A DNA stretch of 64,000 nt, from NCBI GenBank assembly GCA_963697895.1, contig OY969100.1:128001-192000 (forward strand). Reading direction: 5' to 3'. The position numbers were made by a program, and so were the translations under genes. Of this stretch, positions 41,312 through 51,735 are shown piece by piece. Source of the stretch: an uncultured Methanomicrobiales archaeon (lineage in GTDB: Archaea > Halobacteriota > Methanomicrobia > Methanomicrobiales > Methanospirillaceae). Under the pieces are notes generated by a model. The model was not told the DNA's origin. It saw only the letters and a list, made by a program, of their open reading frames with translations, and searched no databases. Each line of letters starts with the position of its first letter. Position 1 is the first letter of the stretch.

Positions 41312-42490
41312 CTAACCCTGCCACACGGCTAAGAGCTTTCCCGATTCGGTATCGATGTTGAATTGTTCAAAGGCTTTTTTATACCCGTTTTCGATGAATC
41401 TTTCCCGCAGAGGTTCATTGGTCAGCAATATCTTGATCTTTTCCACCAGCATCCCGACGTCATCCGGTTCAACGATAAAACCGTCCACCCCGTCCTGTAA
41501 AATTTCAGGAATACCGGTCACGTCCGGACCTATCACGGGTACCCGGCATGCCCAGGCTTCGGTGAATACATTGGGCCATCCTTCGGACCTGCTTGTTAAA
41601 ATGAGTAATTTTGCCCTGCCCAGGACCGCAAAGACCTCTTCCTGGTTTTTATATCCGAGGAGTCTTACCTCACCGGACAGATTCAATCCCTTTATCAGGC
41701 CGTCGAGACGGGGTTTTTCGGAACCATCCCCGACTATCAGGCATTCGAAGGGGATGTTCTCTCCTTTCAGGATCGCGCAGGCGTGTATCAGAGCATCCAG
41801 GTTTTTGACTTTTTCAAGACGTGCGACGGAGACCAGGGTATTTTTTCCCCTGCAATCCGCGACGGGATACGTCTTGGTAAAATCAAGCGCAGAGTGAATT
41901 ACGGTGATATCGCCCGCATCAACGCCAAAGCGGTCCATGATGTACCGCCGGTTATATTCCGTCACCGTGACATGTTTTTTCGCCAACTTTGACTTGATCC
42001 GGTAATTTTTTCCCGGTTTATCGAAGATTTCGTAGCGGTGTGTCGTGAAAGAAAAGGAAATCCCTGTCAGGAGATGGACGAGCAGGGCGAAATCCGAAGA
42101 CCTCGGCCAATGCGCATGAATGTGGTCGGGTCTCCGGTTATCGATCACCAGTGCATCATACAGATTTTCAAGAAATAAACGGCCGATACCGCTATGGGGA
42201 TGGAATGCAAATGCCGCTGTTTTTAAATAGGCAAACGGCTGGTGAAAAAACCAGTAAAAATGCCCATAAATCTTCTCCTTTCTGTTGTTTGAGAAATAAT
42301 GGACTGATTTTACGTCGCCCACCTCCGGATGGACGACCTTCTGGTTGGGTTTATAAAAAGCAAAAACCTCTATTTCGACCCCCTTCCTTTGCATTGCCAG
42401 AATCTCTCTCAAAATAAAGGTCTGGGAAATGCTCGGAAATGAATCCAAAATTTCAACGACTTTCATTCCAATACCATATCTCCCGTTCAC
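41312..42490 (-). CDS. Glycosyltransferase family 4 (WcaL-like)
   Basis: FPSISQTFI, HIHAH, VARLEKVK, EGWPNVFTEA. Confidence 0.9.
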   Translation of the reverse strand: MNGRYGIGMKVVEILDSFPSISQTFILREILAMQRKGVEIEVFAFYKPNQKVVHPEVGDVKSVHYFSNNRKEKIYGHFYWFFHQPFAYLKTAAFAFHPHSGIGRLFLENLYDALVIDNRRPDHIHAHWPRSSDFALLVHLLTGISFSFTTHRYEIFDKPGKNYRIKSKLAKKHVTVTEYNRRYIMDRFGVDAGDITVIHSALDFTKTYPVADCRGKNTLVSVARLEKVKNLDALIHACAILKGENIPFECLIVGDGSEKPRLDGLIKGLNLSGEVRLLGYKNQEEVFAVLGRAKLLILTSRSEGWPNVFTEAWACRVPVIGPDVTGIPEILQDGVDGFIVEPDDVGMLVEKIKILLTNEPLRERFIENGYKKAFEQFNIDTESGKLLAVWQG

Positions 42491-42878
42491 CGTCTTTAAT
42501 CATTCTTTCCTGAATACGGAGAAAATGGGCGATTGGACGAGAAAATGCGCAAATTGTTACGCCCATCGTCGCCAATTAAGTCCGGGATCGAAATGAGAAA
42601 AGATCGTCCAGAAGCATTTATTCCGGGGCAGGAGACGTGAATAAAGAATCTGACAATCCGTATCCGGGCAGTCATCATTCTATACAGGAATTTACCGGGA
42701 TGGATCTGCGTCGATTTGTCGAAGATCAGAGCGAGAGAGTGGAAACTCCAGACGCGGAGGTGTTTGCGCGATCCTTCCTATCAGGTCGCGGTCCGGATGT
42801 ACCGTATGGATACCCGTCTTCGTCCGTTCTTGAACCGTTCTCCGGCGATAATTATTATGCGCCGGGATATGACAAGAT

Positions 42879-43802
42879 ATGATGGAAGATCGATCTGAAA
42901 TGCCGGTTGTGAGCATAGTCCTCCCGACCTACAACCGGGCAGAGACGATCGGGCGTTCGATCCGGAGCGCACTAAACCAGACTTATACCCGGTTTGAACT
43001 GATAGTCGTAGACGATTGTTCAACCGATAACACTGCCGGAATTCTTGCAGCCATCTCCGATCCCCGCCTCCGGGTGATCAGACATACAAAAAACCGGGGA
43101 GCGCCTGCCGCACGGAATACGGGCATCGCGAACGCCAGAGGGGCGTATATTACGTTCCTCGACAGCGACGATGAGTGGCACCCGGATAAGATCGAGAAGG
43201 AGCTCTCTCTCATGGAGGAGCGGCCGGACGTCGGCGTTGTTTATTCCGGGTTCTGGCGTCATATCCACGGTAAAAAATCGTATGTACCGTTCAAATGGGT
43301 TAAATCCAAGGAAGGGAAGATCCACGAAGAGCTGTTATGGCGCAATTTCATCAATACACAAAGCCTGATCCGGAAGGATGTTCTCGATGCGGTTGGCGTT
43401 TTTGATGAGAATGCACCGAGGTTCCAGGATTGGGACCTGTTCATCCGGATATCAGGACACTATCCTTTTGCATACTCCCACGAGGCCCTGTTTGAGGTAT
43501 ATCACTCTGAACAGAGCATAACGGCAGACCCCCGGGCGCAGATAAGCGGACTGCTCTACATTCTTAAAAAACATTGTGCAGAGTTCTCTCTCCACACGCC
43601 GATCCTGGCCGAACAATATTTCCAGTTATCTCTCCTGTATTATTTTGCGGGAGATCGCACAAAGGCACACACGTTCCTCATGCACGCTTTGAAACTGGAC
43701 CATTTCAGGATAAAATTCCTCGCCGTACTCGGTTTATCCGTCTCGCCCCGGTTAATGCAGTATGTTTTTATCACCTACAGGTCTTTGAGGAACGAATGGT
43801 GA
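42879..43802 (+). CDS. Glycosyltransferase family 2
   Basis: LPTYNRA, VDDCSTD, AARNTG, FLDSDD, QDWD. Confidence 0.93.
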   Translation: MMEDRSEMPVVSIVLPTYNRAETIGRSIRSALNQTYTRFELIVVDDCSTDNTAGILAAISDPRLRVIRHTKNRGAPAARNTGIANARGAYITFLDSDDEWHPDKIEKELSLMEERPDVGVVYSGFWRHIHGKKSYVPFKWVKSKEGKIHEELLWRNFINTQSLIRKDVLDAVGVFDENAPRFQDWDLFIRISGHYPFAYSHEALFEVYHSEQSITADPRAQISGLLYILKKHCAEFSLHTPILAEQYFQLSLLYYFAGDRTKAHTFLMHALKLDHFRIKFLAVLGLSVSPRLMQYVFITYRSLRNEW

Positions 43803-44090
43803 CCCGATATCCCGGAGTATGAACCCCCCCGGGATACATATTCAGAGGGAGCCATGGGAAAAAAGCGATCGAAAACCGGGAGTTTTCCGGCCAAAGGGAT
43901 TCTTCAGGGCTTTCCGGTCAGCAGGGCGGTCGGGAGCAGGGAGAATGGGATCCGGCTGTCATCAGAGATCGGATGGGTCGGGAAAATCCGATACGTGAAG
44001 TTGAATTAAAATATTTTACCCCCCCATAAGTACAGGAACAAATTTTACTGGAAAATTTGTCGGGTACCGAAATACCCGTTTCAATGATGC

Positions 44091-44163
44091 ACCCCCGTAG
44101 TGTAGCGGTCAATCATGCAGGACTTTGGATCCGGCGACGGCGGTTCGAATCCGCCCGGGGGTA
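44091..44163 (+). tRNA. tRNA-Gln (anticodon TTG)
   Basis: Acceptor stem ACCCCCG/CGGGGGT, D arm TAGTGTAGCGGTCAATCA, anticodon loop CT-TTG-GA (44125-44127), T arm GGCGG-TTCGAAT-CCGCC. Confidence 0.92.
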
Positions 44164-44342
44164 CTGTTATTGCCTGAAGAATCTCTCGAAAGAGTTTTTT
44201 TCCCCGTTCATCGGGAAGAAACGGGATTGAGAACGGGCCACTCATTTCCTTCCGGTCATGCAACCGATGCATCTCCCTGAACGGGGAACCAGGCCTCCGA
44301 AAACGTATCTTAGGGGATAACCCCTGCGCCGGGGAGGTCCGA

Positions 44343-45458
44343 TCACAATACCGTGATCGGTGGGAGGGGGCCGATCCCCTGCGGCGGCTCGATCTCCCGT
44401 CCATGATCGTCCTCGGCCCCGAGATGGAGGTACCGGTATTCGATCGCATCTTCTATCAGGTCTGCAATCCCAAACACCCTCGTGTAAACCGGGCCGATTA
44501 TCCGCGACGGATCGATGAAATACCCCGGGGAATTCGGTGATGGGGAGATGGTGAAAGCAGAGGGGGCACCGTAATCGTCCGCAGGATCTTCCGCAACCCC
44601 GGGATACATATTCGCTCCCGTTCCGTCATAGAGCGTTTTTTCGGCATCGAGGTACTGCCGGGGAAAGAAATGGACATCCCGGATGGTAATCTTTGATACC
44701 TCCCCGTCACGATGGTACACGGTATACATCCGTCCGGCGGAGGTATCCCCGTCCCCCTGATAGTTGGTGAGATCTTCCACGCAGAGCGCATTATGGATCA
44801 GTTCTGAATCCAGGGTCGTCGCGTGGGCATGCCCGCTCAACACAAACGTAGGTTTCAGGACCAGATTTTGTTCGATGCTCTCGCCGAGCAGCGACTCAGA
44901 AAAATCCTCGTCATAAAAGTTATGCGCCGCGATCAGCACGAATTTTTGAGGATTTTCTTCAATAAAGGCCCTTCCCGTCACAATTTGCGAATCGCTCAGA
45001 GGTCCTTTCGAATATCCGATCCCGAGAAAGATGAAGTCATTGATGAGTGCATTCCAGTTGTACTTGTCCCCGACAAATGCATCAAAGAGCGGGTTAACCG
45101 CCTGGCCGCCCAGATCGTGATTCCCCGGTATTTCGAAGACGGGAACCGTCGTCAGGGATCGTGCGTTTGCATAATTCGTCCATTGACTGATATTGCTCCC
45201 GTTATCGACCAGATCGCCGGTAATGATTATCGCGGATATATTGTAATTGCCTTTCATCGATTCCAGGGAAGAAAACGTATAATTCAGAGTATCGGGATAC
45301 CGTGAGGAGAGGGTCTGGGTGTCGGATATATGTATGATTGAATAGGTATACGAATCGGCGGCCGAAACCGTCCCCCCGAATACGGCCAGCATTCCGATCA
45401 CGACGATAAAAAAGGGGACACGGGCGTTCATGGTATCTTTCCTCTGGTTATTTTTCAA
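44343..45458 (-). CDS. Secreted calcineurin-like metallophosphoesterase
   Basis: Signal-peptide-like N-terminus (likely start MNARVP), SDTQ, TGDLVD, PGNHD, SGHAH. Confidence 0.82.
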   Translation of the reverse strand: MKNNQRKDTMNARVPFFIVVIGMLAVFGGTVSAADSYTYSIIHISDTQTLSSRYPDTLNYTFSSLESMKGNYNISAIIITGDLVDNGSNISQWTNYANARSLTTVPVFEIPGNHDLGGQAVNPLFDAFVGDKYNWNALINDFIFLGIGYSKGPLSDSQIVTGRAFIEENPQKFVLIAAHNFYDEDFSESLLGESIEQNLVLKPTFVLSGHAHATTLDSELIHNALCVEDLTNYQGDGDTSAGRMYTVYHRDGEVSKITIRDVHFFPRQYLDAEKTLYDGTGANMYPGVAEDPADDYGAPSAFTISPSPNSPGYFIDPSRIIGPVYTRVFGIADLIEDAIEYRYLHLGAEDDHGREIEPPQGIGPLPPITVL

Positions 45459-45638
45459 ATAGCCTTCCGTATGACCGGTAAAACCGGCATTTATGTAAAG
45501 TAAATTTTACAGAATAGGGTAAATACCTTCTGGAGGCGGTAACGGTAAGGTATCAGAACGAACTTCGGGGTTCATTCCTTTTGTAAATCCGGGGTAGCTC
45601 AGAAATAGATGCGGGACATGCCTAGAAGGACAAGGCCT

Positions 45639-46484
45639 TCACCCGGGAGATAACCCGAGGATCTTCCTCGCCTCCTCCGGTGTCGCAATCTCCCTCCCCA
45701 GTTCCCGGGCAATTCTCACGATGCGTTCCACCAGCGCCTCGTTCGTGGCCAATATCATCTGGTCATGATCGAAATAGATCGCATCCTCGACCCCCGTCCG
45801 TACATGCCCTCCCATAAGGATTGCCGCCGCATTGATCTGGCACTGGAATCTGCCGATACCCGCTCCCGACCAGGTGTTTCCGGATGGCAGGGATTCCACC
45901 AGGTACACAAGATCCCTGAAATCTGCAGGGATACTGCCGAGTGACCCGAGAAGGAGATTAAAATGAAGAGGAGGATGGATGATACCCCTCTTCGTCAGAT
46001 GCCGGGCCGTATTAATAAAGCCGGGTTCAAAAATTTCGAGTTCGGGTTTCACTCCCCTCATGTGCATCCTCTTGGCAAGGAATGCAACCGTATCGGGGGG
46101 ATTGATGCTCGGGTGATCAAAGAAGTTTACGGATCCTACCGATAACGTGGCCATCTCGGGCCCGAGATCGAGGACTTCTGCACGTTCACGGGGATCGCTC
46201 TGGAACCGTCCGCTTGTTGTGGCGCAGATTATGATATCCGGGCATTTTTTTCGGATTTTTTCGAATATCTCTTCAAAGACATCCTTCCGCGTCGTTGGCA
46301 GACCCTGTTCATCCCTGGCATGCACATGGACCATGGAGACACCGCGTCGGTACGTCCGGTAGGTATCCTCTGCGATCTCATCCGGAGTAACAGGTACATG
46401 CGGGGTCATGTCCTTCGTCGGGATCACCCCTGTGGGCGCGACCTGGATGATTAACTTCCCGACCCGGTTTCCCCTTGCTAGCAC
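45639..46484 (-). CDS. Beta-keto acid cleavage enzyme (Kce/DUF849 family)
   Basis: APTG, PHVPVTPDEIA, HVHAR, KPELEIF, GGHVRTGVED, TNEALVER. Confidence 0.9.
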   Translation of the reverse strand: MLARGNRVGKLIIQVAPTGVIPTKDMTPHVPVTPDEIAEDTYRTYRRGVSMVHVHARDEQGLPTTRKDVFEEIFEKIRKKCPDIIICATTSGRFQSDPRERAEVLDLGPEMATLSVGSVNFFDHPSINPPDTVAFLAKRMHMRGVKPELEIFEPGFINTARHLTKRGIIHPPLHFNLLLGSLGSIPADFRDLVYLVESLPSGNTWSGAGIGRFQCQINAAAILMGGHVRTGVEDAIYFDHDQMILATNEALVERIVRIARELGREIATPEEARKILGLSPG

Positions 46485-46523
46485 GGTATCACCCTCCCCT
46501 TATTTTACTCAGACCGCTGGAAC

Positions 46524-47174
46524 TTATTCGTTCTTTTTCAGGATCTTTGCCGGTACCCCGACAACGACGACATCGTCCGGAACATTGCCCACGACTGCGG
46601 CCCCGGCACCCACGAAGGAGTGTCTGCCGATATGTATCTTGTCGATGACCGTTGCCCCGATCCCGATAGTGGTCCGGTCACCGACGGTGACCAGTCCTGC
46701 AAGTGAAGCTCCCGGATTTATCTGGCAGAATTCGCCGATCTCCGTATCATGCCCGATGTTACACGCCCGGTTGATCAGGGTGAAGCTCCCGATACGGACG
46801 TTGGGCCCGATCACGGCATGCGGACTGATGATAACGCCCCGGCCGATCCCCCCGTTCGACCCCACATACGCGGACGGATGTATGATGCTGGAAAACCGGA
46901 TATCATAGGTTTTTTCCAGATCTTCGAGGACCAATTCCCGGGTGGTTAAAAATCCGTACATATATTTATCCCCGGGAACCGGCCGAAAATCAGGGAGGGG
47001 TACAACGGGCACCGCATAGGAGAGAAGGGAGATTCTCCTCTCCAGATTTTCGGGTTCTGCCTGTCTCAGGCTGGGGTGATCAACCACTGCCTTGATTTTT
47101 CCCCCGTTTGCGTGAATGATATCGAAAACGTCGCTGATATAGTCCCCGAACCCGAAGATAACCCATTGGTCCAT
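46524..47174 (-). CDS. NeuD/PglD-family sugar acyltransferase
   Basis: N-terminal Rossmann-like domain, IIHPSA, IGHD catalytic His, hexapeptide repeats, VGVPAK. Confidence 0.88.
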   Translation of the reverse strand: MDQWVIFGFGDYISDVFDIIHANGGKIKAVVDHPSLRQAEPENLERRISLLSYAVPVVPLPDFRPVPGDKYMYGFLTTRELVLEDLEKTYDIRFSSIIHPSAYVGSNGGIGRGVIISPHAVIGPNVRIGSFTLINRACNIGHDTEIGEFCQINPGASLAGLVTVGDRTTIGIGATVIDKIHIGRHSFVGAGAAVVGNVPDDVVVVGVPAKILKKNE

Positions 47175-47294
47175 AACAACCTATGGATAGTTCGGAACCG
47201 GGGACTATAAAATTTATCATGTACACCGGTATTTTTTGGAAATTGAGGCCGCGTATGACGAATAAGTGCCCTTCCGGAAGCTGCCGGTCTGTCG

Positions 47295-48101
47295 CTAGAG
47301 ATTCATCAGAGTCTGAATGAGCATGGTTGCCGAGATGAGCACGAGAAACACGGCAAATACCTTCGTCAGCTCTTCGGACCGTATCTTCGGGGCCATGTGC
47401 GCGCCGATCTGGGCACCGATGACCGCACCCAGGGAGAAGCTGATTACGTAATCGATCGACACCTGTCCCAGCCGCTGATGGACGATCGCCCCTGAGATGG
47501 ACGTCGCGAGGATGACGAGGAGGGATGTGGCGACGGCAAAGTGAATCGGCATGCCGATCGATGTCAGGGCAGGGACGTTGATCACCCCTCCCCCTATCCC
47601 GGTTATACCCCCGACGAATCCCGCAACCGCACCCCAGAAGAAGAGGTGAAGAAGATATGAACGGCAGTGTGCGGTCGTGCAGAAACAGTCGCTGCATTCC
47701 TCGTCGAAATAGGGGCCATATCTCAGAGATATGACAAACGGTACCCGGGGGGACAGCATGTGGAGGGCGATGAGGAGGAGGAGAATGGAGAAGATGATCG
47801 CGAGGGCACCCCCTGATATGTACTTCGTCGAATACGAGCCAACGGCTGAAAAGATGATACTGGGGATGACGATGAAGAGAGCGCTCCGGTAAAAGATGCG
47901 CCGCTGCCTCGCATAGGAGATGCTCCCGGAGAGCGACGTGAATATGATGATGGTGAGACTGGTGCCGATGGCGACCTTCTGGTCCAGACCGAAGAGCAGG
48001 GTAAGGGTCGGTACATAGAGAAATCCGCCGCCGACCCCGATGACGGACGAGACGATCCCGATGAGAATGGCGATAAAAAATCCCGCGACATATTCAATCA
48101 G
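47295..48101 (-). CDS. TauE/SafE-family membrane exporter, probable CTG or ATT start
   Basis: One frame from 48101 with two internal repeats (IGVGGGFLYVP...AIGTSL and TGIGGGVINVP...AVATSL). No ATG/GTG/TTG before 47759. Confidence 0.8.
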   Translation of the reverse strand: MIEYVAGFFIAILIGIVSSVIGVGGGFLYVPTLTLLFGLDQKVAIGTSLTIIIFTSLSGSISYARQRRIFYRSALFIVIPSIIFSAVGSYSTKYISGGALAIIFSILLLLIALHMLSPRVPFVISLRYGPYFDEECSDCFCTTAHCRSYLLHLFFWGAVAGFVGGITGIGGGVINVPALTSIGMPIHFAVATSLLVILATSISGAIVHQRLGQVSIDYVISFSLGAVIGAQIGAHMAPKIRSEELTKVFAVFLVLISATMLIQTLMNL

Positions 48102-48427
48102 GAAGATCCCCTCTGGCTTTGGCAGACTGCCTTCGACGGTACCCTCACGGAACGTGGCACACTATGCGATTATCCCATTGATATATTCAGTCCTTCCTTT
48201 TTTGAGTACCGGAAAATTATGTTCTGCGTTTTTAGTGGGATCGACCGTGGTCTGATCAGGCAACCGTATGAGATCCATCTTTTCGGCCGTTCTGGGAGGC
48301 ATATGGACCCGACTGGACAGGAGATCACGAGGATGTACCTTCTCCTTCATCCCCTCCGCAATAAATCTGAAGTCTCCCGAAAAGGAGTTGATCGCGTTAT
48401 CGGGAGTTCGTGAGCTCTCCTCGCGAC

Positions 48428-48931
48428 CTAACTGCCCGCATTCAGGAACGCGATTGCCGCGAATATGAGAAGAACGAAGACAAAGAACGCGGTGTTCATG
48501 ATTCGTCCGGGGGCTCCTTTTCGCTGTGCCGGATCCGTCCGGGCAATGTATATGTGGAGCACGAGGGTGCAGAGCAGATACAGGCCATAGATGAGGAGCG
48601 CCATCCCGCAGGCAAGATACCCCCAGTCGAGGATGGATGCGGTGAGCGCTCCGATCCCGATCGCGAGGTTTGCAAACCCCACCTCTATCTGGAACAGGGG
48701 ATGATCCGGTGTCCATCCCATCCTGAGCTGATCTGAACGAAAGAAGAGGGAGTGACGGATAAAACTGAGGACCCCGACAACCCCGACGATCAATGCAGTC
48801 ACGATCCGGATGGACAGGGGGATATCGGAGAAGAGGAAGAAAATTCCGAGGAATGTACCGGTTACGGTTACGACAACGGTGGCTCCGAACAGGAGAGATG
48901 CCGGCCGGGAAGAAACGGAAAGAGCAGACAT
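48428..48931 (-). CDS. Small integral membrane protein of unknown function
   Basis: About five hydrophobic segments; MGW...FQIEVGFANLAIG motif. Confidence 0.7.
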   Translation of the reverse strand: MSALSVSSRPASLLFGATVVVTVTGTFLGIFFLFSDIPLSIRIVTALIVGVVGVLSFIRHSLFFRSDQLRMGWTPDHPLFQIEVGFANLAIGIGALTASILDWGYLACGMALLIYGLYLLCTLVLHIYIARTDPAQRKGAPGRIMNTAFFVFVLLIFAAIAFLNAGS

Positions 48932-48953
48932 AGTGAAACCCTGTTTTGGTTTC

Positions 48954-49480
48954 CCCTGAAACCCATATATGGCTGCCTGATTTCATTTCACCGATCATCG
49001 CCGGATGGAGAGGGAGAAAATATGCAAGGGTCCCGGCGATCCGAACCCCCTGAAACCCATATATGGCTGCCTGATTTCATTTCACCGGTTCGTCGCCGGA
49101 TGGAGAGGGAGAAAATATGCAAGGGTCCCGGCGATCCGAACCCCCTGAAACCCATATATGGCTGCCTGATTTCATTTCACCGGTTCGTCGCCGGATGAAC
49201 AGGGAGAAAATATGCAAGGGTCCCGGCGATCCGAACCCCCTGAAACCCATATAGGCTGCCTGATTTCATTTCACCGGTTCGTCGCCGGATGAACAGGGAG
49301 AAAATATGCAGGGTCCCGGCGATCCGAACTCCCTGAAACCCATATAGGCTGCCTGATTTCATTTCACCGGTTCGTCGCCGGATGAACAGGGAGAAAATAT
49401 GCAGGGTCCCGGCGATCCGAACCCCCTGAAACCCATATATGGCTGCCTGATTTCATTTCACCGATCGTGCCGGATGAAGG
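48954..49480. repeat. Tandem array of 93-95 bp units (5 full plus 1 partial) in a divergent intergenic region
   Basis: TGAAACCCATAT(AT)GGCTGCCTGATTTCATTTCACCG...GGATG...GGGAGAAAATATGCA(A)GGGTCCCGGCGATCCGAAC at 48957, 49051, 49146, 49241, 49334 and 49427. Confidence 0.95.
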
Positions 49481-49553
49481 GAGGGGTTGAACCGGTGACC
49501 CGAACCATTAAATCCCGGTACAGCGATCACCCCTGTTCATCCGTGATGGATAG

Positions 49554-50471
49554 GTGAAAATGATGAAGTACCTTTTAATCGTGATCGGCATCGTCCTGGC
49601 AGCAGTGCTCGCAGCCGGGTGTACCCAGCCGGGTGTACCAACACCCACTCCGACGGCGACGCCGACGGTGACCACCGGACCGACCGGGGTTCCAACGACG
49701 GTGAAACTGGCAACGAATACGACGCTCGGGATATACCTTGTCGACGAGAACGGGATATCCCTCTACTACTTTGCCCTGGACGTTCCCGGCAACGGCACGA
49801 GCGCCTGCAGCGGTAACTGCAGCCAGCTCTGGCCCCCGTTCTATACCGAGAATATCGTCGTGAACCCTCCGCTCTCCGCAGCGGACTTCGGGACGATTAC
49901 CCGGACGGACGGGACGAAACAGACCACCTATGGCGGATGGCCGCTGTACTACTACTCCGGTGACAAAGGCGTCGGGCAGACGAACGGGGAAAACGTCGCC
50001 GACCTCTGGTGGGTCGTGAAACCCGATTATTCGGTCGTGGTCATGAGAAACAACGCCGTGGGAACGTACCTTGCGGACCCCGCCGGAATGACGCTCTATA
50101 CACTCACACGCGACACACCCGGGGTCAGCACCTGCATCGGTAACTGCAGCCAGATCTGGCCGATCTTTTATGTGGAGCCGCCGGTCGTCGCACCGTCGCT
50201 CATCCCTTCGTCCGATTTCGCCCGGATAACCCGCACGGACGGCGGGTTCCAGACCACGTACCAGGGAAAGCCGCTCTACTGGTACTCAGGTGATACCAAA
50301 CCCGGACAGACGAACGGCGAGGGCTTCAACAACATCTGGACCGTCGCAACGGTAGCCGGCACCCCGCCGCCACCGACACCGACGACGGTCGCTACCACGG
50401 TACCGGCAACAACCCCGACGACCGCGCCGACGACCCAGTCGTCGTCCGGTGGAGGAGGGTATTACTACTAA
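49554..50471 (+). CDS. Secreted lipoprotein with repeated Lipoprotein_15/COG4315-like domains and Pro/Thr-rich linkers
   Basis: Lipobox LAAGC; two copies of LY...D....C.GNC...WP and QTTY.G.PLY..SGD...GQTNGE...W. Confidence 0.82.
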   Translation: MKMMKYLLIVIGIVLAAVLAAGCTQPGVPTPTPTATPTVTTGPTGVPTTVKLATNTTLGIYLVDENGISLYYFALDVPGNGTSACSGNCSQLWPPFYTENIVVNPPLSAADFGTITRTDGTKQTTYGGWPLYYYSGDKGVGQTNGENVADLWWVVKPDYSVVVMRNNAVGTYLADPAGMTLYTLTRDTPGVSTCIGNCSQIWPIFYVEPPVVAPSLIPSSDFARITRTDGGFQTTYQGKPLYWYSGDTKPGQTNGEGFNNIWTVATVAGTPPPPTPTTVATTVPATTPTTAPTTQSSSGGGGYYY

Positions 50472-50480
50472 TATCTCCCT

Positions 50481-50491
50481 TTCTTTTTTTC
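50481..50491 (+). terminator. Oligo-T archaeal terminator (putative)
   Basis: T-run directly after the lipoprotein stop codon. Confidence 0.45.
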
Positions 50492-50584
50492 AGGCAATCT
50501 TACCCAAATTTCACCTTGGGCCACATGTATCCGGCCGCTTCAGGAAAGTCCTCTGCGAAGCGGCCCGGTTTATCCAAAAAACCC

Positions 50585-51196
50585 TCACCCGCACTTCTCT
50601 GCCGCTTCTGCGCAGGGGATGCAGAGAACCTTTCCTTCCCGTCTCCGGGTCCGGGGTTCGGCTACGAGTTCCCCGCAGCCGGCACAGATGACGGAGTTGA
50701 AAATACGGGCCTTTTCGGGGATCGGCACCCTGACCCGGCGGATGGAGAAGAGCTCCTCCGGGGGTGCCGCGAGGATCTTCGCGATCACCCCATCCATCCG
50801 CTCCCGGTACTCCTCTTCTTCCGCCGCGGTGGCGGTTCCGGCCATCACCCGCTGCCGGAGGTCACTGGCACGGCTGTCGATCCGCCGCGTGGAGGAGTCC
50901 GGATGCTGGGCGATCCGGACCGCCTCACCGGAGTCCCGGTTGATGAACGTATACACGTTCTTCCCGTAGTCCCGGAGGACCAGGTTCCCCTTCCCGAGGG
51001 TACAGCCGGTCAGGTACTGGACCGCATCGACCCCGCAGGCGTCGTGTTCGACGATACAGACCAGTTCCTCGTCGCCCGACCGTCCGGACCTGAGTTCATT
51101 CAAAGCGATCTCTGCTACCCGGTACCCGAGCGCGAGACCGGGACAGCGGTGCCCGTGGAACCGGACCACTGCGGAAAAGGATGAATCGGATGACAT
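50585..51196 (-). CDS. FmdE-family protein with C-terminal zinc finger
   Basis: FHGHRCPGLALG, ACGVDAVQ..TGCTLGKGNL, CAGCGE...CIPC. Confidence 0.9.
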   Translation of the reverse strand: MSSDSSFSAVVRFHGHRCPGLALGYRVAEIALNELRSGRSGDEELVCIVEHDACGVDAVQYLTGCTLGKGNLVLRDYGKNVYTFINRDSGEAVRIAQHPDSSTRRIDSRASDLRQRVMAGTATAAEEEEYRERMDGVIAKILAAPPEELFSIRRVRVPIPEKARIFNSVICAGCGELVAEPRTRRREGKVLCIPCAEAAEKCG

Positions 51197-51735
51197 GCGG
51201 GTTTCTCTCCGATCAGTATGGGGAGGGAATGGCGAAAAAGAGTTCAGTCGGGGCAGACCGTCCGGATACGGGAATGGACCGGTATCCCTCTCCGGCGGCA
51301 GACCGTCCGAATATGCAAAGAACGGAATGGAAAAATTCTGTCGCCGGAGGTGTCATGGACGATGAAAAGAACTATTCATCCGGAAGAGACCCGGGAAATC
51401 GGAACATGCGCGTGAGCGAGACGGAATCTCAAGTCAGATTAAAAAGAAGGAAAAGGCGGATATCAAGGTGTGAGGGGATAATTCCATTTTCCGGTCGTGA
51501 GATATGTGTGTGGTCCGGTGCGTGAACAACGGATATTTCGCGGTCCTGGCCATCCCGGATTGCCCGATCCGGTATGTCCAGCGACTGCCTGTATCTGTTA
51601 CGCTGATAATGAGATAAATATTACCGTGTTGCTATCGCCTTTCCGGGTCCTCGCGCTATCCTGTGCCACTCCTGAAGAAGGGAACGAATCAGGTTCCGGG
51701 AATCCGGACGGTGTCTCCATGGACAAAAAGAGAAC

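Noticed and set aside
48954-49480. CRISPR array, hammerhead array or repeat-encoded protein (ORF 48752-49198)
   Set aside because: No spacers, no CUGANGA core seen, and unit lengths of 93-95 bp do not keep a reading frame.
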